A stretch of 64,000 nt of DNA from Macrostomum lignano. Lineage: Eukaryota. Below are positions 1 to 10,223 of this stretch, one piece after another. The stretch spans positions 248,001 through 312,000 of the forward strand of contig NIVC01000042.1 of assembly GCA_002269645.1 (NCBI GenBank). Direction: 5' to 3'. The notes under the pieces were generated by a model. That model made no database searches. It had not been told where the DNA came from and worked only from the letters and a program-made list of their open reading frames with translations. The position numbers were made by a program, and so were the translations under genes. Numbering within the stretch: the stretch's first letter is position 1; the number at the start of each line of letters is the position of its first letter.

Positions 1-1003
1 GCTAGTCATCTAGCCTATCTATTTCTTATATCTCTATCTTGTATCTTATTCTTAGCAAACTAAAAATTTGTTTAAAAATAAAAAAATCTATGAAGGAATG
101 AAAAAACTTTAGTTTTAACTTGAAAACAAATCAATTTGGCATACTTGCAAATTGAAATGCTTGTGGAAATAGCATTTTTAGGTATTCTATGTATATATAG
201 TCTTCATTTTTAGTTTGAGGTTATTCTAATTTCCTAGAATCTATTTACTTAAATGAATCAATAAATTTACTTAAATTAAAAGCAATTGAAATAGCAAGAT
301 TTTGTCAAGTATTACTTGAGAATCTATAATTCCTAGAAATACCAACAAAATGAAAGAATATAATATTTAGTGCAAAAAATCTAAGACAATAGAGCAAGGT
401 TGGAGTTTGAAATTAAAAACTACCAAATTTTCATTCTACTTAACTACTCAACAATACTTGACTTGATTGATTACTTGGCCAAAACCCCCAAAGTTTTGTC
501 AAGTACTTGACTTGACCAAAACCTGAGTTTTTTCATGGTCTAATGTAAACAATTTGTATTATGTGTCAAATATGTTTATTCCTTTAGTTTTCTAAATTTA
601 TCAATATTTATCTTTTATATGATATTTGTGATCAATAAGCAATGATTTACAAATAAAAATTTGCATCAATATTAAGTACTATAAAAAGCTTTGCCTAGAT
701 TGTAGCCTAACTTGTCATGAAGTATCTTTCCTTTTGGACAATATGACGTTAGAATTCATTCATAAGAGTTCAACAGTTTGCAGGCATAAGAGAATATAAA
801 ATATCTTTATAACTGGGGTCTGTCTAAGACTTATAAAACAGTATATTATTATATAGAATCAACTAAAATTAATAGAATTCAGAACCAATTTGAGCCAATA
901 GGGGTTTTTGTGATTTAACTTTGATACACAAATTTCAACCACAGTTTGTACTAATGAGTAATTTTTTGCCAAACAGCTCTCTTATTGTTGCTACCCAACC
1001 TAG

Positions 1004-3386
1004 ATCTACCCGCGCGATGACATTCTGCAAGCCAAGCTGGACCTGTTGGAGAAAACCAACATGGTTGATTACATTATCGAGACCTATTTGACCCTTCACG
1101 GCCTCGATGACGACGCCGATGTGCCCGAAGAGTATCAACAGAAGCGCGCGGCCGTCCTAGAACAATTGGAAGATTTCCGCGAAAAAGAAGAAGTTCTTGT
1201 CCGGATTTTCAACGCCGAGAACATGAACAAGCTGCGCTCGGAGAAGGACCACACTAAGCTGATTGAAACCCTTGCTGCTCAGTTTGGCTACAAGCCCGAA
1301 ATGCTTGATGACATGTACGAATTGTCTCGGCTGAAGTACAGCATTGGCAACTACAATCAGGCCAAGGGCTTCCTGTCCGTGTTCAGGATGCTGGCGCCGG
1401 CCAGCGATCCTCGCGTCTCGTCGGCCATGTGGGGCCTGCTGGCGTGCGAGATTCTTAACGACAATTTCAAGGTACGGCATTTTCTAGTTATAGTAAAGAA
1501 AAAAAAAATTAAAAGGGGTCAGAGCGTCGGACTCGCGACTTGAGGCCGGGGGTTCGATTCCCGATCCCACTAGGAACAATTTGTGTCCTTGAGCAAGACA
1601 CTTAACTCTGCATTGCTTCAGTTCCCCAGCTGTAAAATGGGTTCCAGCATTAGCTGGGGTAATTGAAGGTGTGTGTGGCGACCCCCAGCCCTTGGACTGA
1701 ACAGCCGTACGCAGCCTTCAGATGCGCCGCGCAATAGCTGCGGCTGAGCTTTCGGTTGCACATCTGGTGCAGTCGGGCAGGTGAAATCAATTATTACTAT
1801 TAATATTCTTAGTAATATTAAAATTAAAGTATTAATTTTATTCTGCGGATTCTTACTCTCCTTTATTTTGAGTTTTTTGGCATTTTTCTGCTCGTTAATT
1901 TCCCCTAAACTCCCCTAATGTCAGTCTCGTTCTGGAATTTCTATCCTAATTCCATTTTGATTTTGGGAATTTTTCTTGCGATCTTTTTTGAGACTATTTT
2001 GGGAATTTTTTATTCCACCCAATCTCCCTTCCCATCAATCCCATCTGTTCCATCTTTTTAATTCCCAGTATATTGGAAGGTAAACTATACTGTCAAGATC
2101 TGTTTAACCACAGGACGCGCTTGCCTGCCTGGACGAGCTCAAAGAGATGATGAAGAGCGACCGAGTCATCCCGCTGCAGCTGCTCCAGCAGCGCACCTGG
2201 CTACTTCACTGGTCCCTATTCGTCTTCTTCAATTACAAAGAGGGCGACAAAGACGGCACAGAGCTGCTAATTGACATGTTCTTGGACAAAGACTACCTGA
2301 ATGCCATCCAGACTCTGGCGCCGCACCTGCTGCGCTACCTGGCCGTCTGCGTCATCATGAATCGCAGCCGAAAGAAGCGCAACTTCTCCGACCTCATTCG
2401 AGTTATTCAACAGGTTTGAAGCATTAGCGATGAAGCCGATTAGGGTTGGGAAGTCAGCTCTTTTAAGTCTGTCAGTGTGCGATACGTACGTAAGCTACAG
2501 CGTGTGCATGAGTGCGTGACTGTGTACAGCATTGGTGCGCTTGTGTGTGCTCAGGACTCAGCGGAATGGGCAGCATTGCAGTCAGCGCTGGTTGTAGGAC
2601 CATGTCGCCGAGGGCGTTGCGCCAAGGTGCCCGCAGCCCTCCTGCCCGAAGAACTTAAACTAAATTATGTGCTGAAGAAATTAAAGGCTCGTACACTTAT
2701 TTGACCTTTATTGGCATGGCGGAAAGGACATCTGTTGGACACTTGCTATATTGCCTTGGAAATTTGGTGTTTAAATGTGACACAAGTCAAATATATCTAT
2801 CAAAATGTAACCTTTGTAGCATTCTCTCCACTGTACTATAAGTAGGGTATTTGGGGGATTGTTTTAGCAACATTTAATGCTAATCCTTGTTAAATTTCAA
2901 CACTGCTATCAACAGGAGTCGTACACCTACCGCGATCCGATCACGGAGTTCCTCGAGTGTCTCTACATTCAGTTCGACTTCGACGGAGCCCAGGACAAGC
3001 TGCGCGCTTGCACAGATGTTATTGTCAACGATTTCTTCCTGTGCCACCGACTGGACCAGTTCCTGGAGTCCGCCAGGCACCTCATCTTCGAGACATTCTG
3101 CCGGATCCACCAGGTGATCAGCATTGATATGCTGGCGCAGAAGCTCAACATGAACCCGGAGGACGCCGAGAAATGGCTAGTTGACCTGATCAGAAATGCT
3201 AGGCTGGACGCCAAGATTGACTCCAAGCACGGCTTAGTAACTATGGGCTCTCAGCACATCTCGCCCTATCAGCAGGTAATAGAGAAAACTAGAGTGCTCT
3301 ACCAGCGGACTAACAATTTGCTGTATTGCTTCGAGAAGAAGTTCGGCTTGCGCGGAGACGCCCTGGACCGGCCTATTCACAACTGA
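1004..3386 (+). CDS. eIF3e: Eukaryotic translation initiation factor 3 subunit E (Int-6); 5' exon lies upstream of the window. Exons 1004-1471, 2114-2413, 2916-3386
   Basis: Motifs [46 protein letters not shown] and the PCI-domain end [18 protein letters not shown]; three AG/GT-bounded exons join in phase 0. Confidence 0.96.
1516..1790 (+). mobile_element. tRNA-derived SINE with a CORE-like central domain, in an eIF3e intron
   Basis: B-box GGGTTCGATTCCC at about 1550, then GTGTCCTTGAGCAAGACACTTAACTCTGCATTGCTTCAGTTCCCCAGCTGTAAAATGGG, which resembles the MIR/CORE consensus as recalled; AT-rich tail near 1790. Confidence 0.7.
2470..2690 (+). mobile_element. Dispersed repeat (probable SINE body), related to copies at 20760-20965 and 33030-33330
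   Basis: Shared blocks GCGCTTGTGTGTGCTC and CAGCGCTGGTTGT...GGCGTTGCGCCA...CCCGCAGCCCT. Confidence 0.55.
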
Positions 3387-4637
3387 TAGACTCGCGATTG
3401 GCCTTGTGTCTCTGTGTGGCTTTTCTGACTGAATCGGATGTGTTCTGCTACTATAAAATAACTGAGTAGTGGTTTTCGTAGGTTTAAAAAGATCCGCTTT
3501 GAAAGTTGATAAATCCTTAATCCTTCTATTAATGAGTAGAAATCATTTTGAACTAATTAGCACCGTGTTAGTTTCTAGTGACTTTAAAATAAGGGAATTT
3601 TACAACCCCTAAAAACTTTTACAGATCCTAAAATTCGTAGCAACAATCTCGTAAATGAATAAAGAATATCCACATAAATGGTGGATTCTCTGTGTTGCAA
3701 GTTTTTGGTGATTAATGCGCATTTTACACTACTAATGATAAGAACTTAGTAAGTAGTTTAATTTTATTAAATGTTTTAGAAAAAAGACTAGATTACGTAG
3801 TTAGACAATTTAGGAGAGTAAAATTTTGCCGATAAGGTGGCTAGAATCGTGGTTTAGCAAAAGTACAAGTACTTTAACCGATAAAAGGAAGCAAAAATGT
3901 CCATAAGTATTTAGTGTTTATGAGAAGATGGTTCCAGTAGTCCATGGTTTGCTGTTTCTCTGTTTATTTTCTTGTTTTTATTTTGCTCTTCAAAACGCTT
4001 CGCTTGGTTTGTGGGAATTCTCGCGCAGAGATAGTTAATCATTCGATTGTTGTCTCTGTGTTGAATTGGATTCAGCTAATTTTTTTGCCGTATTGACTCT
4101 GTTGAAATGAATAGATAAAAATATAATGTAAACTGTGCGATTGGCATTCTAACATTGGCAATCGAGTGACTATGCTGGAGTGGTTCAGGTTAAGCTGCAG
4201 TTACTTGAGCTGAAGTTTGGATTTAAATTGACTCAATGGTTTGAGTTTATCATTTCGAATTTTGAATTTACCATTTTTTGTATTATGTGTAGTAATGATG
4301 TTCAGTGACTTTAGAAATATGGAATTTTAGTTCAGTTCAATTAGAGTTTTTGTCTATGGATTTAGGACTGGGATTTTCATAAATTTCGGATTGGGATTCT
4401 CAAAAATTTAGGACTGGGATTTTTTATAAATTTACGATGGGGATTTTCATGAATTTAAAATTAGGATTTTTATAAATTAAAATAGGGATCTTCATAAATT
4501 TGAGATTGGGATTTTAATGACTTCGGGATTAGGATTTTCGTAAATACTGTAATTAAGACCAACATGTCCTTTTTATAATAGGAGGAAATTAGGAAATTTA
4601 TCCCATTATTAAAAAGCTGCAAAACAAAACATTTCAG

Positions 4638-5426
4638 TTTCTGCACTCGCAGCAGGCCAAAGGCTACGCAGCCCTGGGCCTCGCCGCCCTCTGCTTTGCC
4701 GCCCTCTATCCCCGCCTGCTGCAGCCGCTGCTTCTGGCCGCCATGGGCCGCCGTGACGAGGCTAAACAAGCCGCCGAGGCCGCTATGGCGCATCCGAGGG
4801 ACCGCCTTAGACCGGCCGCTGCGCTGCTTGACACCGTCGACGCCGACGATGCACAACGGATGGCCAGCGCGGCGGAGGCGGCCGCAGCGGCAGTTGCCAA
4901 CGGCGGCAGGCCTCAGCCAGCTTTTCATCCGCCGATGCATCAGCAGCAGCAGCATCATCATCATCAACAGCGGCATCAGCAGCTACAGCAGGCATCCGGA
5001 CTGCATAGCAACAGCCTAGTAACCGTGGTGCTGCCATTGTACAGCGTAGCCATCTTGGGCTTCCTGTTGTACACTCTGATGCGCATGGCTGGCGGCAGCG
5101 GCGGAGGCAGCAGTGGAATCAATCGGCAGTTTTCACCCGAGTGGCGTCGACAGCAGCAGCGGTTGCTAGCCAGTCTGGTTGCTAGGCAACAGCAACAAGC
5201 ATTGGATGGCAACGGGGACGTTTCTGTCCATAGCAACGGTTCGGCTGGTGAAAATGGCGGCGAAAGCCTGTCTCTGGCCGCCATCGAGCGGGATCTGCAG
5301 AAGCTGCTTGGTCGCCTTGACAACGGCGGGAGCGATAACGGCAATCGTGAGCAGTTGAAACTACAGCTGGCTCGCACTGAAGCTGAGATGGTTCGCCTTC
5401 TGGAAGGCATACGCCAGGCTCAGTGA
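4638..5426 (+). CDS. RIC3: RIC-3-like nicotinic receptor chaperone (two hydrophobic segments + C-terminal coiled coil)
   Basis: Frame open from 4593: AALGLAALCFAALYPRLLQPLL (N-terminal hydrophobic CFAxLYP motif), second TM VVLPLYSVAILGFLLYTLMR, coiled coil LKLQLARTEAEMVRLL; 3' acceptor TTTCAG at 4637; first in-frame ATG (4743) lies after the conserved first segment. Confidence 0.8.
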   Translation, partial: FLHSQQAKGYAALGLAALCFAALYPRLLQPLLLAAMGRRDEAKQAAEAAMAHPRDRLRPAAALLDTVDADDAQRMASAAEAAAAAVANGGRPQPAFHPPMHQQQQHHHHQQRHQQLQQASGLHSNSLVTVVLPLYSVAILGFLLYTLMRMAGGSGGGSSGINRQFSPEWRRQQQRLLASLVARQQQQALDGNGDVSVHSNGSAGENGGESLSLAAIERDLQKLLGRLDNGGSDNGNREQLKLQLARTEAEMVRLLEGIRQAQ

Positions 5427-5487
5427 TTCGATCGAGTGCCGTCAGAGTCTTTGAGAAGGCAATATAAACATTTGTTTACTTTTTTGG

Positions 5488-5643
5488 GTGCATAGGTACT
5501 TCCGCAGTTAAAAGTGCACAGGTACTTCTACAGTCAAATGTACATAGGTACTTCTGCAGTTAAAAGTGCATAGGTACTTCTACAGTTAAAAGTGCATAGG
5601 TACTGTCGCAGTAAAAAGTGCATAGGTACTTCTACAGTTAAAA
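5488..5643. repeat. Minisatellite, about 26-bp unit GTGCATAGGTACTTCTACAGTTAAAA, about 6 copies
   Basis: Direct tandem repeats visible. Confidence 0.9.
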
Positions 5644-6149
5644 GTTGAGACTTCACAATTCAAGCTTGTTAGTCAAGAAGTTCAGTACTCTCATATTGAT
5701 ATGCACTAGTGTACTGAGCTAGTTAAAGAGTAGTATATGACATTTTCAGTAATTTTCATTTTTTATTTCTTTGTTTCTCTTGTCCATTATTATAATTTGA
5801 ATCTCGTTTTATTGTTTATAGCTTGTTTGCTATACAGAATTATGCATAGGATTTTAGCATCTAAATAGTACTTATATATGCTTGTTTGTTGCCTAATCAG
5901 TTGAGTCTTCTAAACAGCGGATCTAATCATGCTCTAGATTTGCATATAGCTAATTGTGATGACCAGTTATTTGTTCCGCAATCCATTTTACTGTCTTTAT
6001 TTTTTTGAGCTATACCCATGTCACCCAAAATAATGCTTTTTGTTACTGAATTCCAGATCGTATTGTAAGCTTACTAGACTGCTCTCTTATTTTCTCTTTT
6101 TTATGAGTAGGTTAACGTCCATATATCGCCCCTAAATATTTGGATTCAT

Positions 6150-6822
6150 GACGGGATCCTTAGATTCACCCTTGGAATCCTTAGATTCACCCTGGGTATC
6201 CTTAGATTCACCCTTAGAATCATTAGATTCACCACCCTTGCAATCCTTAGATTCACCCTTAGAATCCTTAGATTCACCCTTGGAATCCTTAGATTCACCC
6301 TTAGAATCATTAGATTCACCACCCTTGCAATCCTTAGATTCACCCTTAGAATCCTTAGATTCACCACCCTTGGAATCCTTAGATTCACCCTTAGAATCCT
6401 TAGATTCACCACCCTTGGAATCCTTAGATTCACCACCCTTGGAATCCTTAGATTCACCCTTGGAATCATTAGATTCACCACCCTTGGAATCCTTAGATTC
6501 ACCACCCTTGGAATCCTTAGATTCACCCTTGGAATCCTTAGATTCACCCTTAGAATCATTAGATTCACCACCCTTGCAATCCTTAGATTCACCCTTAGAA
6601 TCCTTAGATTCACCACCCTTGGAATCCTTAGATTCACCCTTGGAATCCTTAGATTCACCCTTGGAATCCTTAGATTCACCCTTAGAATAATTAGATTGAC
6701 CACCCTTGCAATCCTTAGATTCACCCTTGGAATCCTTAGATTCACCCTTGGAATCCTTAGATTCACCCTTAGAATCCTTAGATTCACCACCCTTGGAATC
6801 CTTAGATTCACCCTTGGAATCA
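6150..6822. repeat. Minisatellite, 21/24-bp unit TTAGATTCACC(ACC)CTTGGAATCC
   Basis: Tandem array; explains the repetitive ORFs at 6132-6954. Confidence 0.95.
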
Positions 6823-6847
6823 TCCTTGACCACTTGTCTCTATTCAG

Positions 6848-8256
6848 GACCAGCTGCCGGCCGAAGTGCTGGAGCGGGTTCTGGACAATCTGCTTCATCT
6901 GAGCGATTTGCGCAAACTGCGTTTAGTCAATCGGCGATTATGTCATTTAGTTGACTGTCTCATTGAGAGAAGGAAATGCCACTTTCGGGTGAGTGTTTGT
7001 TCTGTTTCTTTTTTTGATGGAGTAATTTCAAACTGACTGACTCACTGACTTACTGACTCACTGACCCCCAGGCCGCGCTGGACGGTCGGCACGGCCTCTG
7101 CTGGAGCCGCATCCGTCACGTGACCGGTCAGCCCAGCCCGTTCTCCAGCCTGCGCCTATCGGCAGCCGTAGCCAAATGCGGCAACTACGTCTATTTATTC
7201 GGCGGAGTGTCCGAACCAAATCAGGTGCCGCTGAACGACCTCTGGCGATTGTCCATTGAATCCTCGGACAGCGAGTGTCGGTGGGAGCGGGTCATGTCCT
7301 CCGGCCAGTTCCCCGAGCCCCGGTCCCACGCCAGCCTCACCTGCTATGCCAACACCCAGCTAGTGCTATTCGGCGGCTACCTGTTCCACGCCAGTCCCTG
7401 CGCCTCGGTTGTCGGCGATGTACACGTGCTGGACACGCGCAGCCATCGCTGGCAGCTGCTGCTACTCAGCGATCACGCTGCTTCATCAGCCAGCGCTGCC
7501 GATCCCCGGCCACAGCCGGCTATTGAACCGTTAACTAGCCACGCAGCCTGCGTGTTCATGCGCAAATACCTGCTAATTACTGGCGGCCTGACCTCGCAAT
7601 CCGTGCTGTCCGATCGGATCTGGCTGATCAACCTGTCCGATGGCACCTGTCTGTCTGCACCGCACGCTCTGACCTACGACAATGACGATCGTAGCAATCC
7701 TGCCGGCGGAGACGACGATAATCCAGAGGAAGCTGAGCAGCCTCATCAGCGCCGCTACCCTCTGCCGCGTCACAATCACGCTATGGAAGCCCTTGACGAC
7801 TGTCGAGTAATCATCTGCGGCGGCGAAGTTCGGCCTAACCAGTTCTGCTCCGAAGTTTGGCTGCTTTCTTGTTCGGCCAGTCCGGACGCTGGACAGTCGG
7901 CCATCCTGTCCGAGCTCACCTGGTGCCGGCTGGCGCAGCCGCGGTCGCCCTATTCGCCGCCAGCTAGCCGGTACTTGACCGCCTGTCTGCTGCCCGCCAG
8001 CGGCGCCGACTGCTCTGACGATGGCTACAGGCGATTGGTCTGTCTGAGCGGCGCCGGTGCCGCTTATGCCGCCAAAATTGGACGACTGCGCGAGCGGACA
8101 TTGGTTAGAATGCTGGCTCAGCAGCAGCGACAGAGGGTGCTATTGCAGCAGCAGCAGGCGAGCCAGCGACCTCCCGGGGCGTCCATTCGTGGCAATGCAA
8201 ATCAGCGAAATTTAATGCGGCTTCAGCGATTGCAGGTGATTTGTGATATGCTCTGA
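6848..8256 (+). CDS. FBXO42: F-box + kelch-repeat protein, FBXO42-like. Exons 6848-6988 and 7072-8256
   Basis: Exon 1 reads DQLPAEVLERVLDNLLHLSDLRKLRLVNRR (F-box) and splices in phase 0 to kelch repeats (YVYLFGG..NDLW, PEPRSHASL, LVLFGG, LLITGG, PRHNHAM, IICGG). Confidence 0.8.
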
Positions 8257-8716
8257 ACTCGTTAGAATTTGGATCCCGGGTGCCACATTTACAGCCTGTG
8301 TTTTTCCAAGCTGAAAGAATCTAAATTTTCATAATTATTGGGATTTTGAGGTTAAAAAAGCTTACAGTTAGGGTTGGGGTTTGGGGTCGATAGTTTTGGC
8401 AGTAAAATTTAATCAATTCGTGTTAAGCAGAATTGGCTCCGGTTAGTCCTGACGGATAATGTGAGCGTGACTTTCAAAACTTAAAACTAATTAGCATTAA
8501 GCATAAATGTAGTCAACTAGGTCACGTGGTATCTGCCGGTGCCGGTGCGCACTTATATTATAGTTAAACTACTAACCAGCATGATTCAGCAGACATCAAA
8601 CCCCCCACCCGGCCTAGGCCGGTCTGGGCAGACAGACAAACCCACCAGCCAATCAGAACGCAAGAACCCTAACCGGCGTACAAGCCGCAAACACAACAGT
8701 ATCAATCCCAAGCTTG

Positions 8717-9154
8717 ATGTGTCATAACATCCTAGCATTCTTCCCTATTTCTCGCACCCTTACCAAGGAGTACCAAGACCGCCTGGCGCTCCTGCGGCCG
8801 CATCATCATCGATTTGACGGTCCCGACGGCGCCAGCGGCAACCGGCTGCGGCATTCGTACCTGTGCCCCTACGTGCTCCGGATATCGGTGGACAGGCCCA
8901 GCGAAGACAGCCACTGGTTGGAGGTGCCGGCTTCGGCTGGAGTGAGCTTCGATTCCGCTCCGCTGGACTTGCACCGGTACACTGCGCTGGCCTGCCAGCA
9001 TCAGCTGTTGTTATTGAACTGTTTCTGCGCCCTGCAGCGCCATTTCCCTGTTAGTCATCCGTTTGTCCAACCGGTTGGACTGCTGTCTGACGATCAACAG
9101 TATCGGAATGCCGCCTGCGAGATGTTTCTGTTGTATCCGGCTGGCAGGACCTGA
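8717..9154 (+). CDS. Uncharacterised protein of about 130-145 aa (start at ATG 8717, or at acceptor 8767)
   Basis: GC-rich codon-like ORF flanked by AT-rich DNA between two genes on the same strand; no family recognised. Confidence 0.55.
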   Translation: MCHNILAFFPISRTLTKEYQDRLALLRPHHHRFDGPDGASGNRLRHSYLCPYVLRISVDRPSEDSHWLEVPASAGVSFDSAPLDLHRYTALACQHQLLLLNCFCALQRHFPVSHPFVQPVGLLSDDQQYRNAACEMFLLYPAGRT

Positions 9155-9217
9155 CTGACTGTTTTACTTAGGGTATATTTTCATAAATCCACCCTTTTTG
9201 TACCAGATTGCTTTTCC

Positions 9218-9480
9218 ATTAGTTGCTACCTGGAAGTAGCTAATCCGATTGGTTGCTTCCCGGAAGTAGCTCATACGATTTGGTTGCTACCCGGCAGTAG
9301 CTAATCCGATTTGGTTGCTACCCGGAAGTTGCTAATCCGATGGTTGCTACCCGGAAGTAGCTAATCCAATTTGGTTGCTACCCGGCAGTTGCTTATCGAA
9401 TGATTGCTTCCTGAGCGTTAATCATCGATGGTTGCTACCGGGAAGTTGCTAATCGATGACTGCTACCCGAAAGTTGATTA
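9218..9480. repeat. Degenerate ~30-bp tandem repeat TTGGTTGCTACCCGGAAGTAGCTAATCCGA
   Basis: About 8 copies; GCTAC/GTAGC inverted arms around CCGGAA. Confidence 0.85.
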
Positions 9481-10223
9481 CTGAGAAGACTCTCAATCGA
9501 AACATTACAGTTCAGATAATTAGTTTATCATAGCAACCAGTGGGTAGCAACATGTGCTAGTTCTATGGCAGTATTACACTTGCTTGTATCAACGAAAGTG
9601 TACTACTGTGGATGGCTTTCGGCTTTAAAAAAAATTCTCCCAGCTCAGTAATTCACATGTAACATTTTCGTTCGCATCTTCCTAGCATTCTGCTGTTACT
9701 TGCTAATTAATTAATTCACGACGGGTCTACAATGCCATTTGTGCATTTATAGTATGAATATCTGTAATGTATATACACAGATCAGAGTGACTATGACTTC
9801 GGTCGTTTCAATTTATCTTTGTTTATTAATGATTAATATAGATTGTTATGTTCTTTGCTTAACAGAAGCTAGAAAGTCAGGGCCGATGTACACCCTGTGC
9901 GGGAATGACTGTTTAGCAGTTGCCCTGAATCCCACCTGAAGCCTTGTACACATGATAAATTCCTATCTTTGTTTTCAGCCGCTGACTGAACCTGTTGTTT
10001 GGCCCATGCAACAGCAGCAGCAGCAGCTGGCAGCAGGGTTCCAGTTTGCTCGCTAGTAATACTACTGTGTTGTAAGTAGTACGCTTTCATTTTAGTTGCG
10101 TTTTCTATCGGGTTAACGATCTATCAAAAACATGTTTCTTATCAATCGTCTTCCAGAAGCAGCAGCAGCTAGCAAAGCTAAACAAAAGCAACAAAAGTTG
10201 CAGCAGAGGCTGCTGCCAGAGGG

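Noticed and set aside
6132-6954. Long ORFs with SKDSKGE / LESLDSP repeats resembling an acidic or phosphoprotein
   Set aside because: All frames are open because the 21/24-bp unit lacks stops; starts are non-ATG or incidental; no splice support; lies between two genes
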